Assembly (NCBI GenBank): GCA_002633005.1
Contig: NMRA01000001.1
Coordinates: 3,948,102 to 4,012,101 of the forward strand
Length of the DNA stretch: 64,000 bases
Direction: 5' to 3'
Source: Phoronis australis
Taxonomy: Eukaryota; Animalia; Phoronida
This document shows, in pieces, positions 12,655 through 29,331 of this stretch (its first letter is position 1; every line of letters begins with the position of its first letter). Both the position numbers and the translations under genes were made by a program. Below the pieces are notes generated by a model. The model had not been told where the DNA came from. It worked only from the letters and a program-made list of their open reading frames with translations, and made no database searches.

Positions 12655-15600
12655 TCACCTGTGCCCAGTTTCCAGCAGCATTGATTCTAACGTTATCGCA
12701 CACTTGTCATCAATGTACGGCTGATGTAACCACGATGCAGAACAAAACATCATTAACGACCTGTCTTTGACATGAGCAATGTTTTCCAATATAGATTTCT
12801 TTAACTTGAGTTCCTGAGTATACGCGCACAGCAGTTCGTCAGATGTTTCATCTGAAATAGAAGTATTACACGCAGATGATCAACAAGTTCAATTAATACC
12901 GGAATTTCCCGCACACAGTTTGCACCACAAAATGCACGGCCATGAGCTTATAATCGGAAAATTTTCCAAACATTTTCCGTGCTCATTGTCCTAATTTTGG
13001 GCCACAGTGATGATGTTAAAGGATTCAAGGGTTTCCCAAAATAGACCGTCAGTCACAAGCAAGGCTTTATTGATGTTTACACGTAGCCACCAGGTTAGTC
13101 ACTAGTGCTGTAATCAAAAACCAACAGCCTCAAACTGTCTTAGCCATTAGAAAGAGCCAGCATGCTTTCCATAGACAGGAGAACCTTGCGAAAATGCAAA
13201 ATCACGCAAAACTGCGAGACATCGCCCTGTATTATAAGCGAAGCACGTTATCACATTAGCTTCCTTCCTTTGCAAGTTTCTTGCCCGTCTACAGAACTCA
13301 ACCCAACTTGGTGAGTAGCGAGGTTAAAAACATCCAACTGACAGGAGACAGTTGGAGATTTGTAGCACTATGTGATTCAGCCGCACTATCCTTGGAAGCC
13401 TATCAATAATTCATTCGTATCTCAGTAGCCTGCCCACGGCGGCACTGAAACGTCGTCACAGTTATGTTTCAAAGACAAGCAATATGCATCAAGCTCGGGG
13501 AAGGACGAAGTCACAAATAAAGAGATGACACATCTCAAAGAGAGTATTCAGAGTATATGTCACTAAAGCTTACATGGGGGGGGGGGGTTCACCTCCTCGT
13601 CCCCGCTTCCTACAATTATGGAGTTGAATGACAAACTTTTGATGGTTAACGAAGGTAACAGAAGACTATGTTGTTTGAAAGTTTAAAGTAATTAAGTGCT
13701 CGATATACCTGTTAATAGGCTGAAACACAGTTAAGTACCCTTTTAATAAAGATCAGCAGCAGAAATGTCAGTGAAATGTGTAAAAACAGCNACTCAACCC
13801 AACTTGGTGAGTAGCGAGGTTAAAAACATCCAACTGACAGGAGACAGTTGGAGATTTGTAGCACTATGTGATTCAGCTGCACTATCCCTGGAAGCCTATC
13901 AATAATTCATTCGTATCTCAGTAGCCTGCCCACGGCGGCACTGAAACGTCGTCACAGTTATCTGTTTCAAAGACAAGCAATATGCATCAAGCTCGGGGAA
14001 GGACGAAGTCACAAATAAAGAGATGACACATCTCAAAGAGAGTATTCAGAGTATATGTCACTAAAGCTTACATGGGGGGGGTTCACCTCCTCGTCCCCGC
14101 TTCCTACAATTATGGAGTTGAATGACAAACTTTTGATGGTTAACGAAGGTAACAGAAGACTATGTTGTTTGAAAGTTTAAAGTAATTAAGTGCTCGATAT
14201 ACCTGTTAATAGGCTGAAACACAGTTAAGTACCCTTTTAATAAAGATCAGCAGCAGAAATGTCAGTGAAATGTGTAAAAACAGCTTACAACATTCACATA
14301 TTTATAAAATATATTACTACCACGAGGCACATTTAATTAGCATTTCAAGACCAGTGACCGTCTGTAATATAAATGTAACCTTTACTCTCTCCTCAAGTGT
14401 TACTAAACTTCAGTAGGCTCTACACATATATTTAGAGGATTTTATGGAGGTTTAAAACAGAAGGGAACCCAATGTCAGAATTCTCTTTGAAAACATTCGG
14501 AAACTACGGAACAAGACATGACAGGACATGACAAACCAAGGCCTCTTTATTAAAGCTTAAGTCCAAACAGACAGTGAACTGCGATCATTTTCAATGTCAA
14601 CTGGATGACATCGTCTGCGAGGCAACCCTCCCCTCCAGAAATGGGAACAAAGACAAGAGGATGGAGGTGGTGAATATGGGACTTGTAATGGAAGTAACAG
14701 TGCTTGTTCTGATGGTTGTGACAATGATAGTGGTGAAGATAATGATGGTGGTTGCGATTCTGGCAATAGTAGTGGTAACAGTAGTAGTGGGTCCTCCTAG
14801 TAATAACAAAACATGCTCACAGAACTTAGACACGGGCCATGTCTGAAACAGACACGATGCCATGGAATGCTCATCACCAGACTGATGGTGCACCAGGTCG
14901 CACACTCCTTTTAGTGATGTAGTTAAAGATGACATCTTCTTCACGATTTTCTCCTGAAAAAGACAGAAAATGTTACACTTGTTATCTGGTTAATGCACAC
15001 GTATAATTTTTTCCAAAAACTTCTACACTAATCAACAAGCCAATCTGCTATTCAGTTCCGAAATTAAGCCCTGAATGATTTGTCTGGGGAGGGAATCATG
15101 TTCTATCGTCGTAAGGACAGGTTTGATACATATTCTGGGTGTTTTGTTTGATAAAACTTCAAAACTTATCCGATTGACGCCTCTGATTGTTGCACAACAT
15201 CAAATACATTATTCAAAAACAACAGCATTATGCGTGATGATGCGACGCCACTGTTGCTATGCAGCGCCTAACTTTTATACCAACAGGGTCCCGGTTTGTA
15301 ATTAAAATTTTTGGAAATGAATAATAAGGTAAATTCATTTTATTCAAAATTTCATCACAAGAAATGCGATGGCACATTTTCCCACCAACACCGTAGCATT
15401 TTTTCTCAACAGGTACCAGTCTTGACTAATTGGAGCTGGAGACCTGCTTGTTACGAAAGTTAAAATAACATTTGCGCAGGACTTATATGTTTTAATTTTC
15501 AATGAAATAACAAGTATGAAATACCATTTTCTGGAAAACCATTTCCAAAGTTTCAAACAGTCCTAGCATTTCTGAGGGCATGTCATCTTTGTCTAAGCTT

Positions 15601-16191
15601 TCATCATCCAAGCTCATTCTGAAATGTTAAGTATTGCATTTAAAATACCATGAACTATTACACACATGCTCAACAAATATGCAATTTTATCCTCGTGTGA
15701 ATAATACCCTTCTTAAATAAACGCACAAATTATACATGATAACTCATCCAACCAAAACCTTTTAAAAAAGTACAAGCAAAACACTTCTCACGGTGCTGAG
15801 ATAAGGAACTTCCCAAGCCCAAGCCAACAAAAGCATACAGAAAATGGAGAATACTTCTATATTGTCACTAATGCTGGCAAATGAACTCCAACATTACTTA
15901 TCACTCATCTTTTATGGCCATTCTAGGCAAACCATATATCGGAAAATATTCAAACGTAAAACAGTCTACATTCTACAGGTACCATACATACACGTGCTGT
16001 AGTTTACAGTTGGCAATTCTGTTGACAACATCCACACCAGCTGCATTGAGGGAATTCCATTTCTGAATCAGGTTGTGCCAGTCAGCTGAGGCATCTTTTA
16101 CTATACGTGCATTCCCAGTCAGATTGCCATGAACACTGTGTTTGCCAGTGTCTGAAAATGAGAACAACTTGTGCCCCTCAGTTTGCGTCAT
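12655..16191 (-). CDS. CINP: Cyclin-dependent kinase 2-interacting protein (CINP), ~207 aa
   Basis: Exons 16191-15992, 15618-15525, 14953-14821 and 12851-12655 total 624 nt in frame. Motifs GNLTGNARIVKDASADWHNLIQKWNSLN, LFQTWPVSKFYE and C-terminal WLHQPYIDDKCAITLESMLLETGHR* match CINP. The start at 16191 is my best candidate; an acceptor at 16151 with an upstream first exon is also possible. Confidence 0.9.
13296..14284. repeat. Tandem near-identical ~495-bp duplication across a single N (probable haplotype overlap / assembly artefact)
   Basis: 13296-13790 is repeated at 13792-14284 with N at 13791. The copies differ by a few SNPs, a 2-bp indel and poly-G length. Confidence 0.85.
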
Positions 16192-16869
16192 TGCTTCTTC
16201 TTGGATGGTGAAAGTCAAGACAGTCCAGTCTCTTTGCAGTCATTCAGCAAAAATTCAAACATAGCAAAAACTACACGTTGCTAATTAGCATCATCATCCA
16301 TACATCATACATTCAAAGAAACAACTATTCTTACTCGCTTCACAATAATTACGAACGGTGTACAACAGTAACATTAATTGTAACAAAATATTAATGTCAC
16401 TTTTCTCCTGTGAATGAGTGTACAAAGGTTGTACAGGAGAATTACTAATAGTGTTTGGTGTCTCAATAGACTCAAAATCGGTTCGAGTTAAGTCACTTTA
16501 TTAATCTGGACCGAACGTACACAAGCACAGTCAAACAAAACATCCCACCTAATGCCTGTTCTAATGTTCCAGCCAGCGATATGAAAACTTGAATACAGTT
16601 TTGCATCAAGGCTACACCACTTGCTGACCTTCATTTTTTCAGTTTTTTGGAACATTCCATTGCCAAATTACTGCAGTAAGAATACCCCTATATCACTATC
16701 GGACGTGCCAGCCCTGACTATGAACTTTTGAGTGAAGTCTGGCACTTGTAGGGTGGAACCACAGGTTCATCCAGATTCACCGTCTCAGTCTGTAAATACT
16801 TACCTGCAGACGAGTTATGTGTCCAGTATGTCCAAGTTCAGATGCTGGTAGTTTACTGAGTAGCTTATG

Positions 16870-17495
16870 CATATCAAGCGGCTGTCAGGATAGACAGTGC
16901 CATTGTCTCAACTGCCACCAGTAGAGATGGCGAGGCTTCATACACCGGCAGCTTTTCGACAAATTATGCCTCACACTGATTAAATCACCAAAGTCATGTT
17001 GTTATAAGTACCTTTTGTGAATGAAAGGACACCTTAATTAGGAGGTCGTTGATGTCTTTTGACTCCTTCCAACTCGAACAAATACTCCCGTAATCAAACT
17101 TTTTTCGAGCATTCTTTCATTCTGATGCCCAGATCAGCAACTGGTCAGTTTTACACTGTGCATGCTCCTGGCATGCGCAGTGTTAAAAATTGTCAGTTGC
17201 CAATTAGGGAAACGGACCGAAGGACTGCTCAAAAAAGTTTGATTACCGCAGAATTTGATAGAGTTGGAAGGAATTAAAACCATCGACGGCCTCCTAAGGC
17301 TAAGCCATGCCAAAGGTGTCCCTCTTTGCGCAAAAAATACTTAATTATAACAATTTATTTTTGACGTTTTAATCAGTGTGAGGCATAATTCACAAAAAAG
17401 CTTCTGGCTCCAACAGTAGCTTCACCGTCTCTAACTGGGCCAATCGAGACGGCGGTGAGCACATGCACCTTTAATTTTGTCAGCCCTCAACGATA
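16870..17495. repeat. Long imperfect inverted repeat (fold-back element) upstream of the CINP start codon
   Basis: Paired blocks: aattatgcctcacactgattaaa (16962) / tttaatcagtgtgaggcataatt (17368); ccttccaactc / gagttggaagg; gtaatcaaactttttt / aaaaaagtttgattac. Centre acactgtgcatgc-tcctg-gcatgcgcagtgt at about 17168. Confidence 0.85.
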
Positions 17496-18378
17496 ATATT
17501 GGCCTACGGCTACAGGTAGGGAGGACAATCAAAAAGTAGGTCACGGTGCTCCATATCTGCCTCCGTGTAAAACCCACGTCGGTAAATTACCCGATTTCAG
17601 ACTTCAAAGTTAACTATAAGACTATTTTGTGTTATAAATCGTTACCTTAGTCTTTATTTGTAAGTTTGTAATCTTTTTGTCTCAAATTATCGCTGATAAA
17701 TCATTTTTTGTAAGCTTTTTTTAGCGCACGATTTTCCGCCATGCGATCAACTTTCGAAAAAGTACCTCTTGTTCCTCCTATCCAAAAGAGCACTATACTC
17801 TCAAATACAAACATGAAATTTGGACAGGATGTAGTTTAGATGCGTGCGCATCTCCTCAAGTTGTTTTCTCGAAGTCAAGGCCAAGTTTTCATTGCGAGTT
17901 TTCGATCGTCTGGAAGGCCTAATTTTGGTCGGTCGGGAGATTGATGTTTTTCCAGTTGCGCAATATGCCCCCCCGATTTTTAGATGAGGAATTTATCACT
18001 CTTTTAATTGGTAATTATTTCATTTTCAGAAATTCTGTCAAACTGCTGCGCATTGGCACTTTTCAAACAGCAGTCGTTAGTTCACTAAGTCGCCGCATGT
18101 CAGCGCCACCAGCGGCTACGTTGAAGTTCAATGGCATCGCAACTTCACCGTTCGAAATAAAGTTGTTACAAAGTTTTTGTTGCATAAATGATGAAATTCT
18201 TCATGTTAAGGGTGATTTGTCTTCACAAATGGTCTTTTGTCTACTTTCTGATGTTTTTTGCCATGATACGATCTAATAGTACATGGGTGGCACCCAACAC
18301 TGAAAAAAGTGGGAGACTATAGCCTCCCCCAGCCTCCTGTCACTGTCAGGCAATGATGTGTTGCCCATGTAGTAGTAT

Positions 18379-18542
18379 TCAGGGGCAGATCTAGGATTTT
18401 TAGATAGGAGGGGGGTGCAGGGCAGAGTATTACGCAGGATTTTACCCGTAAGATATTTGCACCCTCAAACTGCCAAATGAAATATGGCAGTTTTAGGGGG
18501 GCCACGGGTCAGGCCCCCTTGCCCCCCCCAAATCCACCAATG
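18379..18542. mobile_element. Second, inverted copy of the 11922-12078 MITE family
   Basis: caggggcagatctaggattttt...ccccccaaatccaccaatg aligns with the reverse complement of 11922-12078. Confidence 0.7.
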
Positions 18543-19537
18543 TGATCTTGTGATTTGATGTGAAATTTCCTCCTAGCTCAGATGTATTTATTTCTGAGCT
18601 GATGTGGTGTCTTTGCTCTTTACCTTTTGAGTTGTGTAATCCATTGTTTTCATCAAACATGATGAGCCTGTTCTATATGCTACAACAACAACTTAAACAG
18701 CAATATCTCTGTAGAAATCGATCCAAATTTTATATACTACATACCACCATGTTTGTCTCAATGAGACGAATCTTTTTATATGCAGCACATGTATATTCTT
18801 TAATTTTTTACGAAATTATGTAAAAAGGCAGATATTTTACGCATAATCGTCGCGTTTCATCGGCCATTTTCTCATCAACCGCTAATCCAATTCTGATTTT
18901 TGCACCATTTCATTTCTCACACCAAGGGCTTTTCAAAAATGTATGACACATGGGTATTGTAAAAAAAATTTAAAAAACGTTGTCCTCCCTACTACAGATA
19001 GTTGAGGGCTGAATAAAGGTGCTAGCTTGACTCGGCAATTACTATTAAAACAAAAAAGGCTTATTTACCAATTGGAGAAAATCCTGAATTTTCGAAGTTA
19101 CCAGAAGTGGAGGCAACTTTCCTTTTAGACTTCCTTGAAGACATCACTATGTAAATCACAAAAGATTTTCAAAAAGAAGCATGCCTTGTCGTCTGTTCCT
19201 GTAATACTGTGGTAAAAGCATACCAACTTAATTTTATTGATTTATTTAAATTTATTTTAGAGCAAGTATATCAGGCTTTTAGAATCCTAATTAAAACATA
19301 ACATAAATTTTAAAGAAAAGTATAAATATTAAAAAATAGGAAAAATTGGAGAAATTTTACGTGATAAAAAGATATGAAAACAAATGTCTTGCTATTCATG
19401 AAAAATCTGGAAATCCCGGAAGTGAAATAGGTCAACTTCAAAATAGGTCAAGTCGGAGACTATCTTAACAGTGTTCAATCTTCGGCCTGGAGCTATCATC
19501 GTTCTGATTAGAAAGTTAAGTCCATTACATCGTCATT

Positions 19538-23675
<4,138 letters not shown>

Positions 23676-24863
23676 TTTTCAGTTACCGAAAATAGTCGGC
23701 GCCAAAAAGCCAACTGGACATTTGAAGACTGATCATCACCAGAAAATCGATTAGAGATACTTTGATTAATCAATGAACTTACTGTGTGCAATCTTGGTTT
23801 TGTCAAGATTATTGGTAAACCAAACCACTCAGAACAACTTGATTTAGGAGGCACTGTAAGAGCTGTTATTGGTGTTACTGTTGTTGTGTTCAGACAAATT
23901 AAACTAAGTTATAACTTTTCCACTTTGATTAGTTTTATTGAGTTGGTCCCGCTGTTAACACTGGGAGTTGCATCAGTCAAATTGCTGGTTTTAGTCGCTA
24001 GAGGTCGGTATCATTGGGTTACAACTCTTGCAACTGTGCTGACAATGACCGTTCACACCTTTACAACTGCCCGCTAAACCACCCTTACAGAAGGTTATAA
24101 CCGCAGGGTGTGCTACAGTTGCAACGCAACAACAGGTTTTAAACTCCTCACTCCAAGAGTTCTGACCTTTAAACCAGGTTTAAAAGTTATAGCTGCTTTG
24201 GTGTAAGATTTTCATATGATCTCTTCCTGATATGATAGAATGCCGTTGGCTAGACCGTAGCGCTGCGCCATTGTTTTCACCAAATATTTGTGCGAGCTAT
24301 CTTTCTATCAACTTCAGTGCGTTTCAGGTAATTAGTCTTCCAAACAACGTTTTTAATTAAACAACCAAGCCTTTGCGCCAGCCTACAGACACACAATACA
24401 CGGAAGCCTTGCTAGCACAGTTTTTAGTGTTCATCACTCAGTGCTTTATCAGAACACTGACGTAAATGCCATTGTCATAGGTGCAGAGATCTATGACGAA
24501 AAATATGACTGAATGACAAGTTGTTCTCACCAGCGCTATTCTGAAAACATAACAATCATCAAAGAACGACGGTCATCTACTAGTGAAAACGTGGTCTTTC
24601 CCGGCCTTTTGATTGGATCAGCGGCAGGACCTTAGCGTTCACAGCATGGGAGGCTAATTTATATTGCGACGGTGAATTGGTCAACGTTATTCGGAGTAGA
24701 GTAGTTGATTGATTTTGCGTGAGAGAAATAATTTTAAAAACTTGAGACTACATTTTTGGTTTTATTACGTGATCGACAACTGGCATGGAGCTCATGTAGG
24801 CACATAATAGGCAAAATAAACAAGGGCAAGTTAAAACATACATTATGTTTTTACCTCAGCTTT

Positions 24864-26050
24864 TTTACCCTTCGGAAGTTCGCTCAGGAACGGTGACGTC
24901 GGGTAAAAAGACTGAGGAGAACTCGCAAGTCGGTGTAACATATAATCGACCATAAAATGCTTCACAAATTCTGTTTCTAAACACTAAAATCGATAATTCA
25001 TTAAAATCATGCGTGTACATGTATAAGTCATAAAATACATATTTTCTTAGATTAGAAAACATGTGACCATACAACTTTAGCCCTGGAATGCCAAATCCGA
25101 TCTCGCGGTCGCTGGGGTTGCGCCGCGCATGCGTGAGAGTTGTTTGCATTCGTTTGTTCCGGAGTGTGTACGTGCTATGGAATTTACTGTCACTTTTCGC
25201 AACTGCCCCGGTTTTTAACCGAATTGCACAAGAGCCATATCAATAGAAAAGCCTTTGTCAGTTCTTGATGATTACATCAGAAGCAAATGATTTATAACTA
25301 ATTACCATTTTAAGCCTACTGGTTTAAAAAATTAATTTTAAAAACCAAGAGTGTTACCAGCTAGTAATCATGAAAAGGAAACGAATCAGAGGTTTTACAA
25401 ATGACTAGTTAAGCCACTAGGGAAATAATGACAGGCATTCATACAAACGTATACATCTTTATATATTAATTGGACCTTTAATGCTGTTTAATACAGTTCT
25501 TCAGAAAAAATTCTGGGCGGAATGACATTTACAAAAATGTGATGAATAATTACTCCATCTATCTGAAATTTGTAGATAAAGGCAATCTGCTGATAAAAAA
25601 ATGAACAACCATCTATTGCTTAGGTTTGAAACATACTGTGGATACAATATCATTACATATATTGCAGTGTAGGACTCTACCGTAAACAAGAAACATTGGA
25701 ACTCGTTCTTACGAAAGTGGAATCTGGAAATAACAGTGTTTATGAAAAAGTGACAAATGAACACCTGTTCCATAGTTGTCAACATTCGAGAATGAAAAAG
25801 CGACAACTAATTTGAAAAGCAGGGACTTCTGGATACAAGCGTTGCATCTGGGTCTATGCCAAAACGCAAATATGAAATGTTCGTCGCAACACACAAAAAT
25901 GTCCCGACGGCGTTTTTTTTGTCGAACTGGAGATGTTACACCCAAAAGCGCCCGACGGCGTTTTTTTTTGTTTTTTGCAAGTCGAATGCCCAATTGCCGG
26001 TGCCTAAAAAACCCATGAAACGTCCCATTTTTTCTTTTTAGTTTACCGGG
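24864..26050. mobile_element. Patchwork of decayed DNA-transposon fragments between RBKS and the ABHD2 3' end
   Basis: CpG-rich segments, a duplicated cccgacggcgtttttttt motif and a ggacctttaa (TTAA-flanked) terminus near 25471-25480. No intact ORF; boundaries are approximate. Confidence 0.4.
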
Positions 26051-26059
26051 AAAATAATT

Positions 26060-28826
26060 CCATCTGTCACTAACACAAAGTATTGGATTGTATTTTTACA
26101 AGGTAAACTTTTCATTTTTTTAAAATTTTATTTTACAGCTAAAGGTAAATACTGTAGATAACAATCACTGCTCAGAAATTGAATGAAGTATCTGGGCAAC
26201 AGATAAACATTGCACAAAGGAAATATTATAGAAACAACTGAAAACAGTAATAATTTATGCAAGTACAAACACACACACTTAGCTACGCAAATATGACTAG
26301 ATTTTCGAAAGTAATGTAGACACCCGGTAGTAGGGGTTAAACTTTTCATTCGTAATTGCACAACAAACACTCAAAAACCAAATGTTACTTCTTTTCTTGA
26401 AATAAAGTAACATGACTTTAACACCCAAAAATGTCTTGTTGAAAAACTCCTAACATCTTGTTTGATAGGTTGTCGAAAGTGGTTCTAAGACTGGAGATCA
26501 GAGGCCATACTGGTCCCGGTATCTGGTCAGGGCCAAGGGTCAGTGGGTATAAAGAATGACCAATGTAATCCTCTGGTTTGTTGACTAATTTTGCGGGGGA
26601 ATTGCTGTTTAAATCAGATGGCATCCAATATTGGTAAAGAGCGCTTTTAGAAGTGTAAGACTTACAATAAATCACAATTTTGGAACACTGAGTAAAACTG
26701 TAGTCATTTTAGCCTCTTAAAATAATACGAATCCAAACAAAACCACAAAATGCAATGCTTCTGCAAAAACAATGTTTTAGAAGCGAGACAAATTTTGGTT
26801 GCTGTTTCTCCAACTTTTTGTAAGCTGACCATTAAATGAAGGTAAAGACAACCAGAAACTGCCGCTTGCCATACAAAAGTAAGATACAAAGAGCTATGAA
26901 TCGGAGCAAAAGTAAGACTGTAGTATTTGCATATAACCAAAAAAAGCTACATGCAGGTGACATGGCTTCACACAGCAAATTTAGCCAATGAAGGTTACTA
27001 ATTATTGTCAGTAAATTAAATGATTAAATTGTATTCACAGGACGTTTCTCAACGGTTCAATGGTGCCCACATGCATTGTCTGAGTGTTCTTTCATCCTTT
27101 TAATCATATGATTTGCATCACTGGAACAAGTCAACATGAAGTTTCAAGCTTTATCTGGTCACTAGAAAACATTGTTTTGAGCAAATGCAGGTATTATTAG
27201 TTCAGATGAGTACGGGATCTGTAAATGATAACAGACATACAGCACATGACTAAGTAGTGTTTTCTCATTATGATATATAATTCCACCTAAAACAAAAATG
27301 ACTAGAAATAACCATAATTATGGAAGCAAAATTTTTATGTCAGAATAGCCACACTACTAATTTTTCTATTAATCTCAATTAATTGCAAGTCACGAGGGAA
27401 GACTACTTTGATGATGAGTTTGGCTTCTGCCCAGGCATCNTGCCATCTGTCAGTAACACAAAGTATTGGATTGGATTTTTACAAGGTAAACTTTTCATTT
27501 TTTTAAATTTTATTTTACAGCTAAAGGTAAATACTGTAGATAACAATCACTGCTCAGAAATTGAATGAAGTATCTGGGCAACAGATGAACATTGCACAAA
27601 GGAAATATTATAGAAATAACTGAAAACATTAATAATTTATGCAAGTACAAACACACACACACTTAGCTACGCAAATATGACTAGATTTTCGAAAGTAATG
27701 TAAACACACCAGGTAGTAGGGGTTAAACTTTTCATTTATAATTGCAGAACAAACACTTGGAAACCAAATGTTACTTCTTTTCTTGAAATACAGTAAAACG
27801 ACTTTAACACCCAAAAATGTCTTGTTGAAAAACTCATAACATCTTGTTTGATAGGTTGTCGAAAGTGATTCTAAGACTGGAGATCAGAGGCCATACTGGT
27901 CCCGGTATCTGGTCAGGGCCAAGGGTCAGTGGGTATAAAGAATGACCAATGTAATCCTCCGGTTTGTTGACTAATTTTGCCGGGGAATTGCTGGTTAAAT
28001 CAGATGACATCCAATATTGGTAAAGAGCGCTTTTAGAAGTGTAAGACTTACAATAAATCACAATTTTGGAAGACTGAGTAAAACTGTAGTCATTTTGGCC
28101 TCTTAAAAGAATACGAATCCAAACAAAACCACAAAAATGCAATGCTTCTGCAAAAACAATGTTTTAGAAGCGAGACAAATTTTGGTTGCTGTTTCTCCAA
28201 CTTTTTGTAAGCTGACCATTAAATGAAGGTAAAGACAACCAGAAACTGCCGCTTGCCATACAAAAGTAAGATACAAAGGACAATGAATCGGAGCAAAAGT
28301 AAGACTGTAGTATTTGGATATAACCAAAAAAAGCTTCATGCAGGTGACATGGCTTCACACAGCAAATTTAGCCAATGAAGGTTACTAATTATTGTCAGTA
28401 AATTAAATGATTAAATTGTATTCACAGGACGTTTCTCAACGGTTTAATGGTGCCCACATGCATTGTCTGAGTGTTCTTTCATCCTTTTAATCATATGATT
28501 TGCATCACTGGAACAAGTCAACATGAAGTTTCAAGCTTTATCTGGTCACTAGAAAACATTGTTTTGAGCAAATGCAGGTATTACTAGTTCAGATGAGTAC
28601 GGGATCTGTAAATGATAACAGACATACAGCACATGACTAAGTAGTGTTTTCTCATTATGATATATAATTCCACCTAAAACAAAAATGACTAGAAATAACC
28701 ATAATTATGGAAGCAAAATTTTTATGTCAGAATAGCCACACTACTAATTTTTCTATTAATCTCAATTAATTGCAAGTCACGAGGGAAGACTACTTTGATG
28801 ATGAGTTTGGCTTCTGCCCAGGCATC
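26060..28826. repeat. ~1.38-kb tandem duplication across a single N (probable allelic/assembly duplication in the ABHD2 3' region)
   Basis: 26060-27439 is repeated at 27443-28826 with N at 27440; scattered substitutions and small indels separate the copies. Confidence 0.85.
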
Positions 28827-29331
28827 ATGACAAGGAATTCCTGCTTATTTGGCCCAAATACTTTTGGTATGTACAAGAACAAGTACAATGAATAGCCTAC
28901 CATTTATGTTCACAAAGTAAAACTACACATATATTATAATGTATGGACCTGTGCCAATAGCCTAGATCTGGCAAGACTTTTGTGACATAAAGTTGAGACA
29001 AATCTTAGACTTGGTCAAAAATGAACTTTAAGTTAGTTTTTGGAACGGGCATCTAGGTACAAAAACGGGGAACTGACTGCCAATCAAACTACACCTGTTG
29101 CTTTTGCTCTACGAGTAAAACGTATAACATGCTGGTGAATGACAGCTGACAACAATGCCAAACAGTGATAACAACAATAACTTTTACAGACTAGATTTTT
29201 AGACACGAAAGACTTTAACAAATCTAAACTACTCAAGGCCAAATAACTTAATTTCTCTAAAACATTGAAATAAAATAAGTTAAAAACAGGAATGCGTATA
29301 AATCAAAATTGCGAACACCAAAGTTGCATGG

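Noticed and set aside
14574-14820. Hydrophobic Thr/Ile- or Val/Met-rich ORFs suggesting a membrane-anchored CINP isoform
   Set aside because: They arise from a low-complexity (GTG/GTA/ATG)n tract just inside the intron. A good donor at 14821 splices in frame to the conserved last exon.
19460-19485. IRE-like CAGTGT loop upstream of RBKS
   Set aside because: The flanks do not form the 5-bp upper stem with the bulged C.
23680-24290. Possible decayed coding sequence downstream of RBKS
   Set aside because: Frequent stops and no family motif; more simply explained as 3'UTR or intergenic DNA.
26128-28358. Pairs of near-identical short ORFs suggesting a duplicated gene
   Set aside because: They reflect the N-flanked duplicated non-coding block.
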